IMG/VR virus record: IMGVR_UViG_3300036770_006893 | Span: 62,001 to 126,000 of that record | Reading direction: 5' to 3' (one strand) | Length of the DNA stretch: 64,000 nt | Shown: positions 32,101 to 38,602 of the stretch, piece by piece | Numbering within the stretch: position 1 is the first letter of the stretch | Layout of the letters: every line of letters starts with the position of its first letter | Notes under the pieces: model-generated | The model's database searches: none | Told to the model about the DNA's origin: nothing | Seen by the model: the letters and a program-made list of their open reading frames with translations, nothing else | Program-made: the position numbers and the translations under genes

Positions 32101-32965
32101 CAATCCTGCTACAAAAATTAATGAGGAACAACTTAATGGCGCCAAGCCCGAATTGGCTGGTGGTGAACAAGTATTAAATAAGCTTGGAACTAATCCTGTA
32201 CTAGCTAATCTTGGACGAGATCCTAGGTTTAAAGAGATAGTATCCACGTTTGGTTATGGTCCAGGAGTGGCTGTATCCACATTTGAGCGCCGTGTAGAGC
32301 AGATGGCTGCTCCACCAAAACTACTAGCCTCTGGTGGTAGAGTTACCTATGCTAGTAACGGACAGCTTATTAATTTCCAGCCACGGGGTACCGATACTGT
32401 ACCAGCTATGTTAACACCAGGAGAATTTGTGGTTAATCGCGAAGCGGCCAATAAGCACTTGTCTCTATTGCAAGCTATTAATAACAATAATTTTGCAAAT
32501 GATTCTGTTTTAACTTTAAGTCGAGGTGGTTTTATTTCCCCAGCATATTTACGTAATGGTGGATCAGCACCCTCTTTGGCCGGTTTATCTGATATGGTAT
32601 CAAAACTTACTCAGAGCATACAATCAGCAGTAGAAACAGCTATAACCAAAGCTTTTGAAAATTCTGAGCTATTGCGATCTAATTCTAGCGATGGTGTATC
32701 TGATAATGGTGCTGTTGTTGATCAAATAGCGGCGTTTACTAGAAATTTGGGAGATTTGGCGAATCGACTAGAGACGATATCTGTACCACCAGAAATCACT
32801 ATACAAGGACGACAAGACATCAATGTTAACGCTAATGGATTACAGGTACTTTCCAGTCTAGACCCATCTATGAAACAGCTCGCTATGAATATGATCAAAA
32901 CCGCATTTGATAATTTGGCCACAAAAAATCCCGGAACTTTAGATTTTAATGTAGACTATCCATAG
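17162..32965 (+). CDS. Giant tape measure protein (5267 aa), TP901 family, with embedded HAD and ADP-ribosyltransferase-like domains
   Basis: PhageMin_Tail/TP901 core near 17870-18700 (LAQAGLSAKET...LMRQFG...AVAAKFAVEAGDIIAAIQRTG...AETIATGLRTIFTRI); long Ala/Arg/Gln helical tracts; hydrophobic stretch near 22440-22670; follows tube and chaperones. Confidence 0.92.
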   Translation: MAFNLTAEINLRGPSNIRNVVSNIRRQLNSISVDVSPSVRNSDIRSIATTIRSRLAGISIPVNIAASSSSIRAVSRNIRTGIGNVNIPVSVNVSQRSLSAARRDINARLNNIRANVNVVVNPVSVRSAAALNANLTNLNQTLTNVTASATSAATAIRDLSAAMRAAGGGANALTQINTALNVTTNNASSANASIRNMSGEIENFGRQAGLAIRRFAAFTTVTSVFYGLARSVQSGLSAFIEFDRQLVRISQVTGDSLSSIKNLSNSITSLSQLYGVSSEKLAEVAVVLAQAGLSAKETQQSLASLAKTTLAPSFDNINDTVEGSIALMRQFGIQSNQLEQALGSVNAVAAKFAVEAGDIIAAIQRTGGVFAAASKGVSEGTDALNEFISVFTSVRATTRESAETIATGLRTIFTRIQRGGTIEALKDFGISLTDVEGKFVGAYKAVELLSTGLSKLDPRDLRFSQIVEELGGFRQIGKVIPLIQQFATAQDALRVAQTGAGSLSEDAAKGQLALAVQIARVREEFLALIRSVGDTSSFRTLVKLGLDLASSLVQVADAAKELIPLIGAFAAFRGAQSLTRFAAGFAGGIRGTPARGFASGGYVPGSGNRDTVPAMLTPGEFVIRKKAVEKIGVSSLSRLNRNNGGPVPAQYFEDGGQVQRFGIGGVAKKGVNWKNLSKGRGKKGPRGPRARFDLPQPGDADFAKWQREVYAEYDADPSLPRVRVNGIPMPPEIAYVNELIGEEIFRQNFRSRKSKKSGKLKKTPLGLIISAAKMPRGPRAPAGEMEKIMAGYQQSPEFQKEAVGAGSSLFSTLKGPLASFKKGGTFGGVIAPGSENATKIKGALAKLLSQSSGQDATKAKTALDKFDSFIAGSTPEKPGHVSHFTWAMNQIFKKGIATFGRGGRASRRMGVFDFDMTTGITKQKETPSLSGFRDPKLAVPDILGATPTGLVGLMRRYGASQILTARSGGPRGEMRRALGTFFRRSGVMLPQSNIITLGDQVGSLSTAEKKARALYAIVKKYGKVDFFDDDTANIDAAKMVRGVSARKVSVMKNLGGFVQKFMAGKAVKRMPDLPPDIKALITREARLGIGKEDPALQSALLNLVAKRNRSVGTTELASRLAGLIKSNQLTPRLANQMLSTGGLAIPTGPGGKTTIQALSLEALGPKDTTKYTRNIGGRETDILRASPTPDLSARLTRDLVQGTRIGIARFIRTGLTEYAMQSPENRRSLIDRGIKFDSKGRAIPPRSAVDAAMSHGDAGNFLGPLFEKGIIGLGAQAGPSLPGKAAPIDTSRVGDIVASIMRGGAPISAELPTELRAAKAKTRASAGIPNINKRGLVNQILRFFKLPGLKFAQGGLVPGVSSSRAREAILGKQLSGVEMIRAARRAGYDIEELDNGLIRLSRNNKTMHTLSRQEASKLLGSMTTGYNLGGMIQKFARGGSPKDTVPALLTPGEFVINKKAAARLGSSKLHRLNKADKISGFNTGGEVGRVPTFSSGGDVQRFFFGGRASARPGTEANTSNLMIAGNVTTQLREVATALQELGAASSASADILRRGGRISVESANAAYEADILRMRVAGAPMDAVIQAETRLANMRRQAQTQVAAQRQLAGVGGAQLERVDTTAQQNIQRMIQRAQNSGVDLNEAQRARIEDLGYRRAAQAGGLSAAQTAGLSGNDIRQFINSAMGDPRTFEQMNRQFEARRRAELNNQYIAENRFGGDRRRILQQASRDAAEEARIRRQTLNQTRGAAGPGGTRGQRMQQGMFAASFALPMLAQMLAGDPSRATSAGGAAMSAGIQGGANALALGTMLSSLVPPGLPQVFVGVATAAGAVAQGFIDARNATIEFEKNMSAKKVEFAIADTVRLFDKLSKDIKNIDVQNAIGDKLVEAAKAAERSIEIQSNTARAFWINMIDAFASNGREAAQRAQILEKYGTTAYLSTTTIGQSFMGGSGTAQQRAERRRSNFAMEMAPEQAREISRQFSEIADSSNKLLEEKIRSGLNIEQYINTDEFKGLSQAIALSNAAIAEQILNIRASTVLTQAQKTAQEKLIISTYAEQEARKRAAAITRELEIKQAQKVVNQLARSLDRMFGNMEQAINKTNFALEKMSRDLDLVSSSLTGQAKLGERSIQAINVLQNPRAYGSGELNMARGQAAGFFGDSGNIIRGLLTLGDDIEANIMGTINRTLRDTRDDSPGKIAIAIQKSVKEKLAGLALPKDLSDKLAREVSKALEEIRKDGEDQADFTQLEEKLQDLNKIIDSTTKAQDIAIKALETWQNALNSYSSSMNSLVDLQIDYQSRLRTSNDILLDGQASLARSLGKDIGLESIANRRNLRIAQQTGGATAPQDIFRNINRLELLRAQQENASNVAAQRGPSGAKDFVEMQNNLRSTNVALRENFDALKNLAENSDLASAALNKIQEAQQRQQGKVSFIEKLVTSTPEELSGLNRAFVRLQNNINGQVNTINNSVGAQRAYIEAIRSGSNAFEAMKAAQDAFANERRETLSALNDILPFLGGGNKANQIRANTLESMLAESGVGVSPMFQDILNSLRDPELDPETQKAIALYEQANILQVKANDFLAQINLKLGEQTAEAAAKAIATALSSVVLTFKNAEQADINRGLIPQNRAKGGIIYASKGVFAPKGTDTVPAMLTPGEFVVNKNATAKNLPLLKSINSQTLSSGGKVKYYARGGLVSSYLSTNAQSRDDFQQTKDKFLDLSENEQLFQDVSKTSLFRLPSTYIRKPQAGLQTPSKSSPARERYDDRPNKYRLKELYSNSGEILPGYVTSKIDLGPYYYSVPSMATVANRELGKYLEPVNLIPAGIKTTILGLDSTDLDISSKKYSKKDFAEYKKKLETLNIERFNWINNPASFALRALEGVTQEYPSNIDPTALNNRFFDPNSKQKLSSIYPSDAGLRTSSVPFKYAKILSDNRSDYFGITTGSIGTEPPNGDFSSGPTLSKTIDTMWAKVWNIDKNKALSPQRAKDILNYNRKQFKLINKTVQAAKDNFKDIELEDSGELKDYFELQQQLGNLYNNFSIYEDFNKLDLFANPLLSNAKSLTVLSNTSVARSDLKKYIENQQAQLAQGVAPDNNDNPILIGLRDPLPPDLQDATNKWVKKTEFDIFSRDGTGPVKTFPFLINADARDLGEGFMKRAAVALQAQKDAIETSMVIDNNKMTLTLGAGKNIELPYSATYTKYSGPLWDLNNNTFSDDKNKQLKDLFLPDKGAENSIFSSLDTNGSRLFKRGGVFDLNNIQQSIPADNINKLIDLVKNNSEQNLIDKEIQNIKNQSSLTFRHIGDNQGSLIKLQRAIGKEVFVGYSQLANTPVDFGAFVAQGVIDYAKNLKQEAGIAAGRAQGADDQDRVVSDVPMALQQLTKGALNVFGRRPIPGIGRGWLANNIRPLIGLMSRQGRGRAPGLTNDQARGASAYIRDVMNNVGGYVNQISGRVSNPVLYNSLKDTLILIQGAYKSFDALARSDSADLAQMLKSNLDPESIFRSFGSGAMLDRIAMSELSGDYKNILGQQLRGSKIATVGDNGDIKLQEAANLEFRNYKDLIKLAINPYNEFSSVKTRRGIFGKLTNDISGAVDNRGMPYFDPNTLNFLLTSLNQLDKWYGGVGPWLGQDYLFDKTLDPDPATRSQKFLASLQKAQGIYELSNVAYQNLGGAGKFGPVLPNKEWFQNRIDAGNFATGGMVYASGGTLVNYQPRGTDTVPAMLTPGEFVVNRSATRKNLPLLQQINSGYLAEGGMAESAGVSRLRWTPEGRTRAIEQKDTITPKLNNINKNVLNNFTSITSIQKDIKNIKDSINNNTQSLQQTISLLNIKFTELQNLSQALAPFVYSQLLVALRNFWSSLGTAIITQGLGNGAPWPPAPFSDGGIVYASKGQLINFQPKGTDTVPAMLTPGEFVVNAKATKNNLGLLQSINNGVGGYNRGGVVYLEDGGLTPGAKQSLIDLQNQGYNLQDIVSGKTRIPGIIVETSKKQYDPMMPTKPAPNIETYRENPKLWNGFKDSSGFWWNKRGESVISAYGTPPVLPNFQERMQAFESIVSAFAGAGGVGGGRGKLADVRGLPAGMPMQRNAPGPLGTKVAIPYLIGRPNPNNAPRANSMGLTLDAIRDPLTGNYYVSDTPARNITISGRQGLPAPKTRQRTKSPLDLENGKIPDSITNPKSKEFMHLAIKEMIGYTEFMNLVKLKVQRSDRTYSSLLKFLALDIFPKGNAYGVDSLDKAISFFNTPEGIELYNTKISPKIGVVPEIGGYNASIINQNSKTGGGGITGRLLKELFQQNIFHISKRSANVPDDLNSRMASLIPPTAGLLYDDNIAKLLSSAGVTPKVDSNRVSYVFDVAEAGKDWGLLTPDQRAHLQQFAPKATGSESSNMKRGQLRTSSRERLGDGPPSLSKFGTATPKKSFHGSGSEIIQVDPMKLNQGMLGEGFYVGFDANEAPINFLKMRLDSWLLANKLKPGNITPEQLAQFKGGIYPVDILGGIDDFLAADQILKDNPAALAKIENIYKDLGLRKVSLGPIEYKNDPTTGRAKAVRTEGPLDLPSATVMQVYDNIQNQLAAKYETEFAGKSNIPDPRFEALTRSATDMRNIFVKYGIPGFTDLNNARSQGSMAAIFDLNRIKLGKAYIPDKILKEIMMPIDQNTYKDIDGDLEILESVNKKKGGIIYASKGQFINFQPRGTDTVPAMLTPGEFVVNRTATQKNLPLLKAINSGVDGYSNGGVVYLAAGGRPQRTTRDKNKLDIREIDNRFRSQMTSRNAQQMAEAAANREGKLWVFMVKTRDNNGAETTGFLTKDPNNPNQPAPKNIPPQTESLLANRLDEIFTLRARNEKEAMDAYKEMNVAGLLPEVKPASAQQALNKARKKWMQQPLYAKIFDELAYQINLDRNQFSIFNPDFFNRNVNVDENIKPIMAIVDNMDPNNPASVALGVPAILTKLRPIVQRINYLRHIIRNNEQALTAVKSAIASGLNINDPANMRKAFEGNPATKINEEQLNGAKPELAGGEQVLNKLGTNPVLANLGRDPRFKEIVSTFGYGPGVAVSTFERRVEQMAAPPKLLASGGRVTYASNGQLINFQPRGTDTVPAMLTPGEFVVNREAANKHLSLLQAINNNNFANDSVLTLSRGGFISPAYLRNGGSAPSLAGLSDMVSKLTQSIQSAVETAITKAFENSELLRSNSSDGVSDNGAVVDQIAAFTRNLGDLANRLETISVPPEITIQGRQDINVNANGLQVLSSLDPSMKQLAMNMIKTAFDNLATKNPGTLDFNVDYP
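18989..32431 (+). repeat. Seven dispersed copies of the peptide motif DTVPA(M/L)LTPGEFV inside the TMP
   Basis: Asp codons begin at 18989, 21488, 25085, 28277, 28832, 31199 and 32393 (aa 610, 1443, 2642, 3706, 3891, 4680, 5078). Each copy is flanked by (F/Y)xxGG half-motifs. Confidence 0.95.
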
Positions 32966-32974
32966 GATAATTTT

Positions 32975-35900
32975 ATGAATCAACCAATACAAATTTATAA
33001 TAACATAGGCTGTGAGTTTATTCTAGACAACAATAATTTTATTATCGGCACAGCTTTAAAAGGCTATAATACTCTCGATAATAATCATGTGGGTAGTTAT
33101 ATTCCCTATTTAGTAAGAAATATATCTAGAGATCAGATTATAGCATGGGAGATAGGGGTTGGGTTTGTAGAGAAGGCTGATAGTAAGATCATAGTTTCTA
33201 GACATAATGTAATACAGTCATATGGGTCGATTGAGTCCCCCGGACAAAAAAACTTCTATTTATTTGCTAATGCCGATGGCTATAATAGTGGATTCAACAA
33301 CGTTGTTGTTGCAACAAGCGATTTTTTTGCTGGGACATCCAGAGCCTGCTACTTAATAGAAAAAAACGGTATCACTAAAGTCAAACTAATTGATCCAGCC
33401 AAAGCTAAATCTGTAGAACTTCAATTTAAGATTATATCTAGCGATGAAAATAGTGTAGTAGAGATATCTGATGACCACAGTTTTCGCTATGTGTTAAAAT
33501 ATAATCAAAAATATCTATCTATAGTCTCCGATGGAAGTAAGTGGAGGATATTACTTAGTCCATCATCTAATAGTAGCAATATGCTCTCAGCACTATCTGC
33601 CTCAAGCGATTTTTCTATACTTGGTGATCCAGCCGGAGACGATGGGTCATTTCAGTACAAGGTCGGAACTAGTTTTTCTGGCGGTCCCGTATATTTAGGT
33701 TCTGATGATAAGATTCTTTTTGGTCCTGATAGCATAGAATCTAACGCTAAAAGCATTATACCAACTTCTGGTAATTATGACACCATCATTAATAATACTA
33801 AAAATAAATCGGACTTTATTGTTCATGGAAGTGGTGTGCCAGATGGTTATCTACCAAAAAATCTTATTTTCACCTATGATGGTAAGCTTGGATTAAATCT
33901 CCCTTCTGGGGCTAAGCCACAAACTGCTCTTCATATAATCAACAATTCTTGCAGAGAAAGCATCAGGATCGAAAATCTCAGCGACTGTCCAACGCATATA
34001 CCCAACGTCACACTATATCACAAGCCATCTGGTGTTTCTGATGATACTATTATAAGTAAAGTTGTTTTCGCTAGTCGCGACTCCAATAATAACAAAAAGG
34101 ATTATGCTGTACTACAGACAACCGCTCAAAAAGTTGATCCGTCGGATGCTACTGGAAAGTTTGACTTGATTTTGGCGTCCGGATATCAGAGCGTAAACAC
34201 ACTTTCTTCCGATCCGTTGTCTACTGTTTTAGGCTATTTATCTGATTACTATTTGGTTGCTAACAGCACATCTGGTATTCGAATGATAGCACCCAGATCA
34301 AATAATCAAATTTTTGTATCAGATAGTTTAGCTGGTATGTCAGGTGGTATTGTATCAGTTTCTGGAGGTAGTGCTGTAAATATCACCTCCACCGGAACCA
34401 TAAATCTTAATCAAGCCGTTATTATTAACGGTATTAATATTGGTATGCCTTATATTGAACAAAATAAAGTATTAGCAGTTAATTCTCAAGGTTTACTGGC
34501 ACCAGCTACTAATTTCACTATTAATGGCGTAGGATCAAATAAACTATTGACTACTGACGCTAGTGGTGTTGTTACTGGTGCTTATAGTGACGATTCATTT
34601 TTGCTCACAGATGGCGACATAACATGGAGTAAATTTCCTCCTAGACTAGGCAATGTTTGTTTGAGACAAATTACTCCCATAGAAGATTTTCCCGTTAACG
34701 AATTTGCTGTAGGAGATCAGCTAGCAATAGTAACAGGAGTTGCACCAAATCAAGGCACCATATATCGCAATATAACTTCTATAGACAGAACAGATGATCT
34801 TATTAGCTATATCTTATTAGATCAAAACGTTACAACTATTGATTCTACCATATTTTGTTATTCGATCACCAAAGGCGGCGTGTTAACTATTCAGGTTAGA
34901 ACAGAAGACGGCACAGAATCCCAGGCTACTGCCACCATATTAAGCACAAGACCAGACACAAACACAGTGTTCAATACTAAACAAAAAAATATTAATTTCA
35001 CCGTATATGGTATTGAGGACACCCCAGCTCTACATATTATGGCCAAAGCAACTACGGTGCCTGTAAATTCTGGAGTTTATAACAAATTTGCTACTATCGA
35101 TGAGCCATTTGCTAGCATACCGAATCCACTAGGAGTAGGAATAGGTACTTCTCACAACAGTGTTAATTTTGCCAATATCCCTTCTGATTTATGGCTAAAC
35201 AAAGTTACATCTGTTGGTACTAATGGTAAGCCAAGTTTCTACGGCACATATGATCAAAACGGAAATGTTTACGAATGGGTAGAAGACACAAACCCAGCAT
35301 CTATATCGATAAACCAGAATGTTTGCGGTGGCTCATGGAAAACTTTAACTGCTGAGGGTTTGAGGAGTGTAATTTCTACACCAGCTAATTTAGCCTTAGA
35401 AGATGTTGGATTTAGAATATGTTCTAGATATGGTTATTCTGATGATGCGATATCGCCAACCATCGGACTTTCTTTTGTTGCTGTTTCTAATTTAGATAAT
35501 ATAGAAGACAACTCTTTTATATATACAGAATCATACTCTAATCGAGACGAATTAAATCTTCCTCCCGTACCATCATCTATTATTAATTTGGGCAAGGTTC
35601 AGCATCCATATCGCATATCGACATACGAGATTACCAACGCTCAATATATTAAATTTTTAAACTCGGTTAATAAAACTGCTATTTTCGATCTGTATAACGA
35701 TAATATGTCATCCGCTATAGTTGGTGGAATACTGAGGTCTGGTTCTGATGGCGACTATGTTTATACAACCAAAACCAACATGGGCGACAAGCCAGTTGTG
35801 TATGTAAATTACTTAAGCGCTATCAGGTTTATCAATTGGTTGCATAACGGTGCTCCCGATAGTGAAAATTTTGAATTAGAAGATATCGAGGATGGTGCGT

Positions 35901-38602
35901 ATACTATAGTGTCTAATCCTTATGGGACCACAGTATACAAAAACCGAGACCAAAAATACTGGTTGCCAAATTTGAATGAGTGGCATAAAGCTGCTTATTT
36001 TACTCCTGTCGTTAGCGACGCAGAGGCAGATGCCTCCGCAATAATGATTAGGAGAGAGCTGCCTGTTGAAATTTCTAGCGGTAACTTAGCATCATTTAAT
36101 GTTGGTGGAGGTATTTATGCTGATGAGCTAGTAATTGGAACCAATAATGATTCAGTCGGCTCTTTACTATCCACACTAGATGAAAATGGGTCTGGTATTA
36201 CTAGCATTAATTATGGTTATAATAATTATATGTTAAATATAGGACCTTCAGGTGCTATTGCATTAGATTCAGAGACTGAAGATTGGGATGGCGAACACTC
36301 AACATTTATATCTCCCTATCCTACAGAGGGGATACAACTAGCTACCAGCGGAACAATTAAACTTATTAGTCCCGAGTGTGTAAAAATCAGCGGATTATGT
36401 AGCGACCACTTATTTACTAAAAATATAACTTACATAGACCCAGACACCGGTGATCCTATAGAAGGAGGTCAGTTTCCAGGACCAAATGGTGGCTTTATCT
36501 ATAAAGACGTTACAACTGATTTGCCACTAGCATCTAATTTACTTTCTTATGTTGAGGCAGACAATGTGACGGGTATTGTGCTAGCTGGCTCAGAACCAAA
36601 TAATGCTATATATGCAAATAATCTGGGTATTTTATCTAGTTATGAGTTTGTAAGATTTGGCGCTACTGTTGAAGGACTAGATGGAGAAGTGGTCGCTATA
36701 GGTAATGTTGAGGCAACACCTGGCGAAACTGATGGAGAAGGCAATGAGCAGCCTAGTATTCCACTAGTGGTCGAATCCATTAGAATCGGCCCGCCGTTAC
36801 CAGCTTTTTCTGGAAGCATTTTGACCCATAATGGTACGGATCTTGCTGTTTGGCAACCAGCGAATTATATGCGAGCAGATGGTATGAGTTGGAATAGATA
36901 CGAGCGTCGTGCAGTAGAAATACTTTCTGGTAATGTCTTACGATTCTCTAGTCTGTCTCAGTCAGATGGTGGTACTGGTGCTGTAACTAGAGAGGCAATA
37001 GAGCAAGAATTTGGGCTAAATGATACTATTGCTATTTATAATCAGCAAAGAGAAGTAGAATATGTAAAAATAGCAGCTATAGTACCAGTCGGACAAAATG
37101 ACGAAGATATTAGCATTTTTAGTAACGAGGAAGCACTAGAGATAATAGTCTGCCCCAGCTTGCCCGATGCCTTCATAGATAATAGCTTGGTGCCAAATTC
37201 TGATCCTTCTGTATACATAGGTTACGCTTTCTCTGTTGACAAGGGTGCTCATCTCGATATGTCAATAGAGCCCAGCGCCACCAGCAGGTTTTCCTGTGAA
37301 ACAGATGCTGATTTAGAAAATTCGCCGTATGGCTTTAAGCCAAGCACAATAAATACAATAAGTATTCGTCCTGGCACAGATACTTCTTTTAATAAGCTTG
37401 GCGAAGATATCGATTTTGCTATTTATAATTATGTGCAAACGCTTAATGATAGATATGAAGAGGAGCTATTTGCATCAAACAGTCGAGGCAATCCATCTGG
37501 GCTTATTCCAGCACTATATATAGATTCTTTTATTGATTCATCTTTTATTGGCACCATAGGCAGTGGCGTATTTGCTGACAACAAGAGATTATTTGCTTCT
37601 GGCATTATCCCAGACCCTAGTGCAAAAATCACAATAAATACAAAGCAACCTCATATTGTAACATCATTATCTGGTGTGAAAACAGGTCTTATTTATCCAA
37701 ATAGCGTTTTACCTACCGGTAAACTAGTGTCTTCGGAACAAGACATAGCCACATATGCAGACTTGACCATTAACGGATATACATATAGTAGTGGAATTAT
37801 ATCAACAGAAATTGTATTAAAAAACACAGAAAATAGAGAGTATATACCCAATGCTCCTTTGACTATTAATTCGTTGGGTCAAATAGTGTCTATAGTCCCT
37901 CCCCCACAACCCACTATTTCAGATCCTCCAACTAATGTTTCTGGTTTTGCCGCAAATAGTAGTGTTAGACTTCAATGGAACCAGCCAGAAAACACCGGCA
38001 ACACCCCGATTATAGACTATGTGATAGAGTACTCAGAGAATGGAGAAATATGGGAGGTATTTGAACACGACCCATCGGTTGATACCTCTATATTAGTCAC
38101 CGGGTTACAAAATGCCATAGATTATAAGTTTAGAATATATACTGTTAATGAAATTGGAACCAGCGTCCCATCAGAAGCAAGCGATGCTATAAAACCAACA
38201 GCAAATGCTCCTACGCAGCCAACCAATCTTACAATTATAAACAGATCAGAATCACAAATTATTGTGGATTGGGCGATACCTCAGTACCAAGGTCCCACGG
38301 GTCAATCTGTAGTAAATTATATTGTAGAATATGCAAGTTCTGTAAGCCCTCCTGGTCCTTTAACATGGACGACTTGGCCAGAGTTTATAGGTACCACAAC
38401 TAATGTGACACTAACCAACTTATCTTCTGGTCCTACTTACTATATAAGAGTGAGGGCACAAAATTCCATCACTTCAGGAGCTTATGCTTCTATTTTTTCG
38501 GTAGGATCAGATAACGATATTAATCAGCCTGTTGCGCCAGAGCCCGAGCCCGAAGAGGATTGGGATTTTGGCGAAATAGCATTTACAGGAGTATGCTTAT
38601 GA
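32975..38602 (+). CDS. Large tail fibre/tail-tip protein with circularly permuted FGE-sulfatase (SUMF1-like) domain and two C-terminal FN3 domains
   Basis: N-terminal fibre-anchor-like segment (...IAWEIGVG); FGE motifs at about 35158-36001; FN3 x2 at about 37920-38490 (LQWNQP...DYVIEY...YKFRIYTVNEIGTS; VDWAIP...NYIVEY...YYIRVRAQN). Confidence 0.75.
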   Translation: MNQPIQIYNNIGCEFILDNNNFIIGTALKGYNTLDNNHVGSYIPYLVRNISRDQIIAWEIGVGFVEKADSKIIVSRHNVIQSYGSIESPGQKNFYLFANADGYNSGFNNVVVATSDFFAGTSRACYLIEKNGITKVKLIDPAKAKSVELQFKIISSDENSVVEISDDHSFRYVLKYNQKYLSIVSDGSKWRILLSPSSNSSNMLSALSASSDFSILGDPAGDDGSFQYKVGTSFSGGPVYLGSDDKILFGPDSIESNAKSIIPTSGNYDTIINNTKNKSDFIVHGSGVPDGYLPKNLIFTYDGKLGLNLPSGAKPQTALHIINNSCRESIRIENLSDCPTHIPNVTLYHKPSGVSDDTIISKVVFASRDSNNNKKDYAVLQTTAQKVDPSDATGKFDLILASGYQSVNTLSSDPLSTVLGYLSDYYLVANSTSGIRMIAPRSNNQIFVSDSLAGMSGGIVSVSGGSAVNITSTGTINLNQAVIINGINIGMPYIEQNKVLAVNSQGLLAPATNFTINGVGSNKLLTTDASGVVTGAYSDDSFLLTDGDITWSKFPPRLGNVCLRQITPIEDFPVNEFAVGDQLAIVTGVAPNQGTIYRNITSIDRTDDLISYILLDQNVTTIDSTIFCYSITKGGVLTIQVRTEDGTESQATATILSTRPDTNTVFNTKQKNINFTVYGIEDTPALHIMAKATTVPVNSGVYNKFATIDEPFASIPNPLGVGIGTSHNSVNFANIPSDLWLNKVTSVGTNGKPSFYGTYDQNGNVYEWVEDTNPASISINQNVCGGSWKTLTAEGLRSVISTPANLALEDVGFRICSRYGYSDDAISPTIGLSFVAVSNLDNIEDNSFIYTESYSNRDELNLPPVPSSIINLGKVQHPYRISTYEITNAQYIKFLNSVNKTAIFDLYNDNMSSAIVGGILRSGSDGDYVYTTKTNMGDKPVVYVNYLSAIRFINWLHNGAPDSENFELEDIEDGAYTIVSNPYGTTVYKNRDQKYWLPNLNEWHKAAYFTPVVSDAEADASAIMIRRELPVEISSGNLASFNVGGGIYADELVIGTNNDSVGSLLSTLDENGSGITSINYGYNNYMLNIGPSGAIALDSETEDWDGEHSTFISPYPTEGIQLATSGTIKLISPECVKISGLCSDHLFTKNITYIDPDTGDPIEGGQFPGPNGGFIYKDVTTDLPLASNLLSYVEADNVTGIVLAGSEPNNAIYANNLGILSSYEFVRFGATVEGLDGEVVAIGNVEATPGETDGEGNEQPSIPLVVESIRIGPPLPAFSGSILTHNGTDLAVWQPANYMRADGMSWNRYERRAVEILSGNVLRFSSLSQSDGGTGAVTREAIEQEFGLNDTIAIYNQQREVEYVKIAAIVPVGQNDEDISIFSNEEALEIIVCPSLPDAFIDNSLVPNSDPSVYIGYAFSVDKGAHLDMSIEPSATSRFSCETDADLENSPYGFKPSTINTISIRPGTDTSFNKLGEDIDFAIYNYVQTLNDRYEEELFASNSRGNPSGLIPALYIDSFIDSSFIGTIGSGVFADNKRLFASGIIPDPSAKITINTKQPHIVTSLSGVKTGLIYPNSVLPTGKLVSSEQDIATYADLTINGYTYSSGIISTEIVLKNTENREYIPNAPLTINSLGQIVSIVPPPQPTISDPPTNVSGFAANSSVRLQWNQPENTGNTPIIDYVIEYSENGEIWEVFEHDPSVDTSILVTGLQNAIDYKFRIYTVNEIGTSVPSEASDAIKPTANAPTQPTNLTIINRSESQIIVDWAIPQYQGPTGQSVVNYIVEYASSVSPPGPLTWTTWPEFIGTTTNVTLTNLSSGPTYYIRVRAQNSITSGAYASIFSVGSDNDINQPVAPEPEPEEDWDFGEIAFTGVCL

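Noticed and set aside
17162-32965. Inteins explaining the TMP size
   Set aside because: No C/S-start...HN-C/S/T splice junctions or LAGLIDADG motifs were seen at cassette borders.
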